From the IMG/VR virus record IMGVR_UViG_3300010162_000393, positions 32,001-96,000 of that record: a stretch of 64,000 nucleotides of DNA; one strand, 5' to 3'. Below, in pieces: positions 59,465 through 64,000 of this stretch. How positions within the stretch are numbered: the first letter of the stretch is position 1; each line of letters starts with the position of its first letter. A model generated the notes under the pieces. The model ran no database searches and was not told the origin of the DNA. It worked only from the letters and a program-made list of their open reading frames with translations. The DNA comes from a virus. Taxonomy: Duplodnaviria > Caudoviricetes. Both the position numbers and the translations under genes were made by a program.

Positions 59465-60531
59465 CTGTAAAACAAAACATCATCCGCCTCAATTGGATAT
59501 GGAAAATCCATTTCCTTCATCATATTCATAATGGTATTAGGATGTACTTGTCCTTCCCTTCTATCAATATGGTTTTGTTTTGTGGTTTCATGATATTCAA
59601 TTGTTATGTGAGGATTATATGGGGATACCATTTGAATGAATTCGTCACGGTATTTTTTTCTTATAAAAAGATTATCTGAAACAAAGTTTTGTCTTCGTTC
59701 ACATAATTCTATTATCTGTTTATGTTCAACATGTGTCACCTTGTCTTCCTGAATTTTGTTCCCCTTTAATTTTCCACCATGTTCAACCATACCTAATTCC
59801 GCTCTAATAATGTCGCGTGATATTAGTTCAAACCCAAATTGTTTATATCGTCTTTCATATGCCGTTGTTTTTCCACCACCAGCAACTCCGCATAAAATTG
59901 TAATATAAAAACCAGATTCTTCTTTTGTTTCAATTTTTGGTTCGCAATTCCAAACACCTAATTGTTTAGCATAATCTTTTAATGTTTCGCAATGTTGAAT
60001 TTCATTTTCTTTATCAATGGATATTGCACCCATTACATCAAACAGATTAAGATAATATAACAAACGACAATCTGAATTGCGTGATATGTTGGTTACATTT
60101 TTTTCAATATCTTCCATTTTGAAACGCAAATATTTTGGTTTCATGTGGTGTTTTATCAACGAACATATTTTCTCTCTCAAAGGTAGTGGTTCATCCCACA
60201 ACATAAATCGTGTCAATCGCTCTCCTTCAATAGCATGATATGCTGCTGACCAGTTACCATCTTCTTTTAGTTTTGCAACTTTTCCTTTACCAATATCATG
60301 AAATAATGAGGCGGAAACCAAAACCAATTTTTCAAAATCTGAAAATTCTTTTGGATTTTGTTTCAAATAATCTTGACACGCTTTTACCACCATTTTGGTA
60401 TGTACCATTGTACTACCCTCCTGATGCCATTCACTATGATATCCACCTTCATTGAGACGTTGAAATTCTGGTATTTCTTCTACCAAGTTCCAATTAACCT
60501 TTGTATTACCAATTATTAATCTATCTAACAT
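59458..60531 (-). CDS. HD-domain phosphohydrolase fused to P-loop (polynucleotide kinase-like) domain
   Basis: WHQEG...HT, LFHDIGK, HHM; GVAGGGKTT, ISRDIIR. Confidence 0.8.
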   Translation of the reverse strand: MLDRLIIGNTKVNWNLVEEIPEFQRLNEGGYHSEWHQEGSTMVHTKMVVKACQDYLKQNPKEFSDFEKLVLVSASLFHDIGKGKVAKLKEDGNWSAAYHAIEGERLTRFMLWDEPLPLREKICSLIKHHMKPKYLRFKMEDIEKNVTNISRNSDCRLLYYLNLFDVMGAISIDKENEIQHCETLKDYAKQLGVWNCEPKIETKEESGFYITILCGVAGGGKTTAYERRYKQFGFELISRDIIRAELGMVEHGGKLKGNKIQEDKVTHVEHKQIIELCERRQNFVSDNLFIRKKYRDEFIQMVSPYNPHITIEYHETTKQNHIDRREGQVHPNTIMNMMKEMDFPYPIEADDVLFYRN

Positions 60532-60668
60532 TTTTTCAATTTTTTAAAACAAAACGTTATAATTATCAAAAACGAAATAACAACAATAGCAACAGCACAC
60601 AATTCTACCAAATATGACCAAGACGCTTGCGATTGCCACCATTTTTCATCAAACATTAAATTCCACAT
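60525..60668 (-). CDS. Small single-pass membrane protein (47 aa)
   Basis: Manual translation MWNLMFDEKWWQSQASWSYLVELCAVAIVVISFLIIITFCFKKLKKC. Confidence 0.55.
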   Translation of the reverse strand: MWNLMFDEKWWQSQASWSYLVELCAVAIVVISFLIIITFCFKKLKKC

Positions 60669-60709
60669 ACTTTTTTATTAAATTTTTTACAAAACAATAA
60701 AAAAGCAAA

Positions 60710-61234
60710 CTAATTTTCTGATCGCACTTCTGGACCACCTTGACAAACGTAAATGAACTTACTATCATCATTGACAACATCCAAAAACTCATCTATCATT
60801 CTTTCGTTTGTTTCATCAAACGGTTTAGTGGAATAACTTCCAAACATTTCATTGAAGTCGAATTTGTTGGATTCTTTTGTTTTAGAAGTAAAAATATATT
60901 TATCTCCCATTACAACACCGTCGAATGGGATTTTTGATATAATGTAGTTGATTGCTTTATCTACATTTCCAACGTTTTTTTCAACACCTTCTATTTCATT
61001 TGTGAAATTATTCGCGTATAATAACAATAAACACGATTTTTCTGACGTTGTGTACGCTCTCCATTGTTTCAATTCACCAATGATAGAATTTACCCTGATG
61101 TGTTGTTCATAGAAAATACTCGGATGTAATATGTTATCACAAGATAATATACATCCCTCAAATTTCTTTTTTATTTTTATTCTGTGTATAAAACTACTAC
61201 TCTGTTCGGTAGAGGTTATTTTCTTTTTTTTCAT
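60710..61234 (-). CDS. Hypothetical protein
   Basis: 174-aa ORF in operon. Confidence 0.55.
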   Translation of the reverse strand: MKKKKITSTEQSSSFIHRIKIKKKFEGCILSCDNILHPSIFYEQHIRVNSIIGELKQWRAYTTSEKSCLLLLYANNFTNEIEGVEKNVGNVDKAINYIISKIPFDGVVMGDKYIFTSKTKESNKFDFNEMFGSYSTKPFDETNERMIDEFLDVVNDDSKFIYVCQGGPEVRSEN

Positions 61235-61248
61235 ATTATTAAAATTTT

Positions 61249-61884
61249 CTAAATTACTAATTCATTGAAAATAAGGTCTTTTGGTAATACACCTCTACAA
61301 ATAAAAATAGAAGCAAAGTGGTTTGTCATACCTATCTCTTCCCATCTTTTTTCTCTTGTGCTGTATGGTATTCTTTTATCAAATATCAATACTTGTGTAT
61401 CCCCTTTTGAAAAAACATCGTTGAAACGTCCAATTGATTGAAGTGTTGGTAATGGTAATAAGAGCGCATACGGAATATCTAAACAATAACAATGTTTTAA
61501 TATTTCGTTTTTTAAAGAAAATGGTGGGTTAGATATTATATAATCAATACCTAATTGACACATATCTTCTTTTGTATAACTGAAAAAATCTTTTCCTTCA
61601 CCGGTTTCAGGATCAAAGTGTGTGTTAATCACATCAAATCCTAACTCATTAAATACTTTCGGAAAAGCATGTTCATCCTTATCAAATGGACATAATATTT
61701 TTGTTTTTTTTGTTATTGCTTTATAGTCTCCTAATTCTGGAGTATCTTTAAAAATCATAAGTTTACATCCAAAAGTTTCTTTTGGAACATACTTCGCGAT
61801 GTTGTGAACAACAAATTCCGGTGTAAAACAATTATCACTTTCCGGAGTTTTTTTTGATGTTAAATATCCTATATTACGTGCCAT
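61249..61884 (-). CDS. Putative N6-adenine methyltransferase
   Basis: DNCFTP, ILCPFD, GKDFF and ISNPPFS motifs. Confidence 0.75.
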   Translation of the reverse strand: MARNIGYLTSKKTPESDNCFTPEFVVHNIAKYVPKETFGCKLMIFKDTPELGDYKAITKKTKILCPFDKDEHAFPKVFNELGFDVINTHFDPETGEGKDFFSYTKEDMCQLGIDYIISNPPFSLKNEILKHCYCLDIPYALLLPLPTLQSIGRFNDVFSKGDTQVLIFDKRIPYSTREKRWEEIGMTNHFASIFICRGVLPKDLIFNELVI

Positions 61885-61885
61885 A

Positions 61886-62374
61886 TTATTCTTTATTTAA
61901 AATTTTAATTGCGTTTTCTACGTCTGCTTCGTCAATACCATCCAATGGGTGCGTATTAATGAAATATGGTATTTGTTCTTTCAGAAAATCTATATCGTCA
62001 TCAAGAATAACATAATTACCATCAAAATGGTTATCATCAATCCACTTCTTAACTTCAACACCGCGTATTCTTGTTTTAAACTTTCCATCTTCACCTTCAT
62101 AATAAAGTCTTTCGGTTACACCAATAATCCTATCACAAAATGGAAATTTCATACCATTCATATAAAATTCAGTATCATCTGAAAGATATTCAATAGTTTT
62201 TTCAAGGGTGTGTTTACGCCATGATGATGAGATTACTAAACAGCAGTCGGTAGCATCTATAATTTTACCGAGTAAATCCAATTTATCTTTATTTAATTTG
62301 AATCTACTATCACAATTTGTGATTACACCATCAAAATCAAGAAATAAAATTTTCTTTCTGTTCATCTCTAACAA
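61886..62374 (-). CDS. HAD-superfamily phosphatase (Swiss Army Knife RNA-repair type)
   Basis: FLDFDGVI, VISSSWR, RGVEV and YVILDD motifs. Confidence 0.85.
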   Translation of the reverse strand: MLEMNRKKILFLDFDGVITNCDSRFKLNKDKLDLLGKIIDATDCCLVISSSWRKHTLEKTIEYLSDDTEFYMNGMKFPFCDRIIGVTERLYYEGEDGKFKTRIRGVEVKKWIDDNHFDGNYVILDDDIDFLKEQIPYFINTHPLDGIDEADVENAIKILNKE

Positions 62375-62819
62375 AATTATAGTGTGTTTCTATTTTTTTC
62401 CGTTCTTCCACTCTAACAGATGTTCTATTTTGATACCACTTTTTAGGGTCTACTTGCTTTAGTCTTTTCTGTTTTCTTCTTTTGGTTTCACATCGCCTTA
62501 TTATATTGTTGTTATCAATATAATATGGGAAACTCCTTGAACATTTTACTTTTTCTGAAACTATTAGGTTTCTAAAAAAGAATTTATATTCCATTAAAAG
62601 ATCATTATGTTTACATCTTGATGATAAATCACTAAAAAAATCATCAAAATTTTTATCAATATAATGTGATAATAACCTATGTGCTAATTTATATGGGTTT
62701 CTCTCATTCGCCGTGTGCCATGATCTACGTGAGATATTAGTGTTATACATATTACCATATCTTCTTGTCAGATATTTCGCCCTATTTTCTTTTAAAGGTA
62801 GTTTATCACAATTTTCCAT
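62337..62819 (-). CDS. Hypothetical basic protein
   Basis: 160-aa ORF. Confidence 0.5.
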   Translation of the reverse strand: MENCDKLPLKENRAKYLTRRYGNMYNTNISRRSWHTANERNPYKLAHRLLSHYIDKNFDDFFSDLSSRCKHNDLLMEYKFFFRNLIVSEKVKCSRSFPYYIDNNNIIRRCETKRRKQKRLKQVDPKKWYQNRTSVRVEERKKIETHYNFVRDEQKENFIS

Positions 62820-62821
62820 GT

Positions 62822-63613
62822 CTATTCAACAATAAAATTGTTAGGAACATAAAATTCATGATCTGGATATTCAAGATATTCGTTCAGCGGATAAATAACA
62901 TCTTCTGATGAAAATTCGTTTATATTCAAATTAAAATTCCATTTTCCATTAATTACGTTACATTTGAAACAAACCATTTCTTTTACTGTTCCGTCATCTT
63001 GTTTTATTTTTAGATTAAAATGGCGAGTAATATCCATTGCTCCTAAAAATTTCTGCCATGGTTTATCATCTATTTTTTCATTTCCGAAACGCATTGACAT
63101 ATAATTGTTATCCTTAAAATTTAAATATTCTTTTAAGTCATTAGCAATAATATTCTTCTGTTCTTCGGACATATACTTGTATCTATTTTTAATAATACTT
63201 GGTGGTAACGATGCGCTAGCAATGGTTTGTCTTTTACAAGCATATATAACAGCGAGTCTAATTAATGAAAACTCAAATTCATCGCATTTAGGGTATGGTA
63301 TAAATGGTACATCTTCATCAAATACTTCGTTTGCTTCTTTGTAAGTATCAAGTAATTTTTTAGTACGATTCTTTGTGTCCGACCAATCGTAATCAATTTC
63401 TCGACTGCAATCAAGAATAAGTCTTTCCTTTTGATTATGTGATAATCCGGACCAATATCTCTTAACTAATTTCAAAGGATAACTTGGTTCAAAATCCTGA
63501 ACAGTATCAGATGGTGTCCACATCCACTGTCTTGCACTCATCCACATAATCGTGTTTTCAAAATCACCTAACATGTTTTCGACCATATTGTCGTTAATCT
63601 TCTTCGTTGACAT
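62822..63613 (-). CDS. Hypothetical protein
   Basis: 263-aa ORF. Confidence 0.6.
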   Translation of the reverse strand: MSTKKINDNMVENMLGDFENTIMWMSARQWMWTPSDTVQDFEPSYPLKLVKRYWSGLSHNQKERLILDCSREIDYDWSDTKNRTKKLLDTYKEANEVFDEDVPFIPYPKCDEFEFSLIRLAVIYACKRQTIASASLPPSIIKNRYKYMSEEQKNIIANDLKEYLNFKDNNYMSMRFGNEKIDDKPWQKFLGAMDITRHFNLKIKQDDGTVKEMVCFKCNVINGKWNFNLNINEFSSEDVIYPLNEYLEYPDHEFYVPNNFIVE

Positions 63614-63995
63614 GACATTCTATTGATTTATTGAGTTTATCTTGTACTACTTTTAAATTTTCACCATAATGAAGCACTAACCGATATTCAGGATATTCTT
63701 CATAAAAAGATAAATCTTGCCACGCTAGTGCCAAAATATTATCCGTAACATCAGTCATTGACAATGAATTATTATTCTGTGCCAATTTTAATAATATTGG
63801 TAATCGTATTTCAATTTTATCATCGATGGTAGATGGATGTGGTTTTTTTTGATCTTTTGAACACATTCCTATTGGAAGTACATCCCAAAAATCACCAAAT
63901 ACCAATGTAGGGTCTTTGGCAACATACAATTCGTAAAGATATTGATCATTACCATCTTTTCCAACAAAATCTATATATACCAAATATTCATCCAT
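63594..63995 (-). CDS. Hypothetical phage protein
   Basis: 133-aa ORF overlapping the next start. Confidence 0.6.
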   Translation of the reverse strand: MDEYLVYIDFVGKDGNDQYLYELYVAKDPTLVFGDFWDVLPIGMCSKDQKKPHPSTIDDKIEIRLPILLKLAQNNNSLSMTDVTDNILALAWQDLSFYEEYPEYRLVLHYGENLKVVQDKLNKSIECHVNEED

Positions 63996-64000
63996 TTTTA

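Noticed and set aside
1-64000. Stop-codon reassignment as in Lak or some crAss-like phages
   Set aside because: Standard code gives dense full-length genes, and TAA, TAG and TGA all end recognisable proteins at the expected places
1-64000. tRNA or rRNA genes
   Set aside because: Intergenic gaps are short and AT-rich; no cloverleaf or T-loop GTTCGA context recognised by eye

Overview
AT-rich segment of a large, T4-like (contractile-tailed) jumbo phage genome. The host is most likely a Bacteroidota, judged from a Bacteroidota-type dihydroorotase, BspA leucine-rich repeats, a T9SS-cargo-type adhesin domain and TAnnTTTG-like promoters. 1-2254 holds a Rad50/gp46-like ATPase and a DnaB/gp41-like helicase. 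2437-34728 is a 32-kb late cluster of four giant putative virion-surface proteins: a 5796-aa Cys-paired Ig stalk, a 929-aa continuation, a 1770-aa beta-rich protein and a 2228-aa BspA-LRR protein. 35-64 kb holds tail sheath, neck/tail-completion and probable capsid-internal proteins, most preceded by a CTATTTAT motif. These are interleaved with minus-strand genes for nucleotide metabolism, methyltransferases, nucleases, RNA-repair-type enzymes and an AAA+/M41 protease. Two candidate undescribed systems stand out. (1) A catalytically intact tnpB sits inside a transposase-less element with 25-bp terminal inverted repeats and a 10-bp target-site duplication, and it appears to carry a fixed 20-nt guide. 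(2) The fibre cluster looks like a modular, scaffoldin-like assembly: Ig domains split between genes, orphan first-strand repeats on the tail-completion protein, acidic DFxxDF loop peptides, a three-repeat candidate docking head on the LRR protein, and a circularly permuted adhesin domain inserted three times. All functional calls come from motif recognition by eye; no searches were run.
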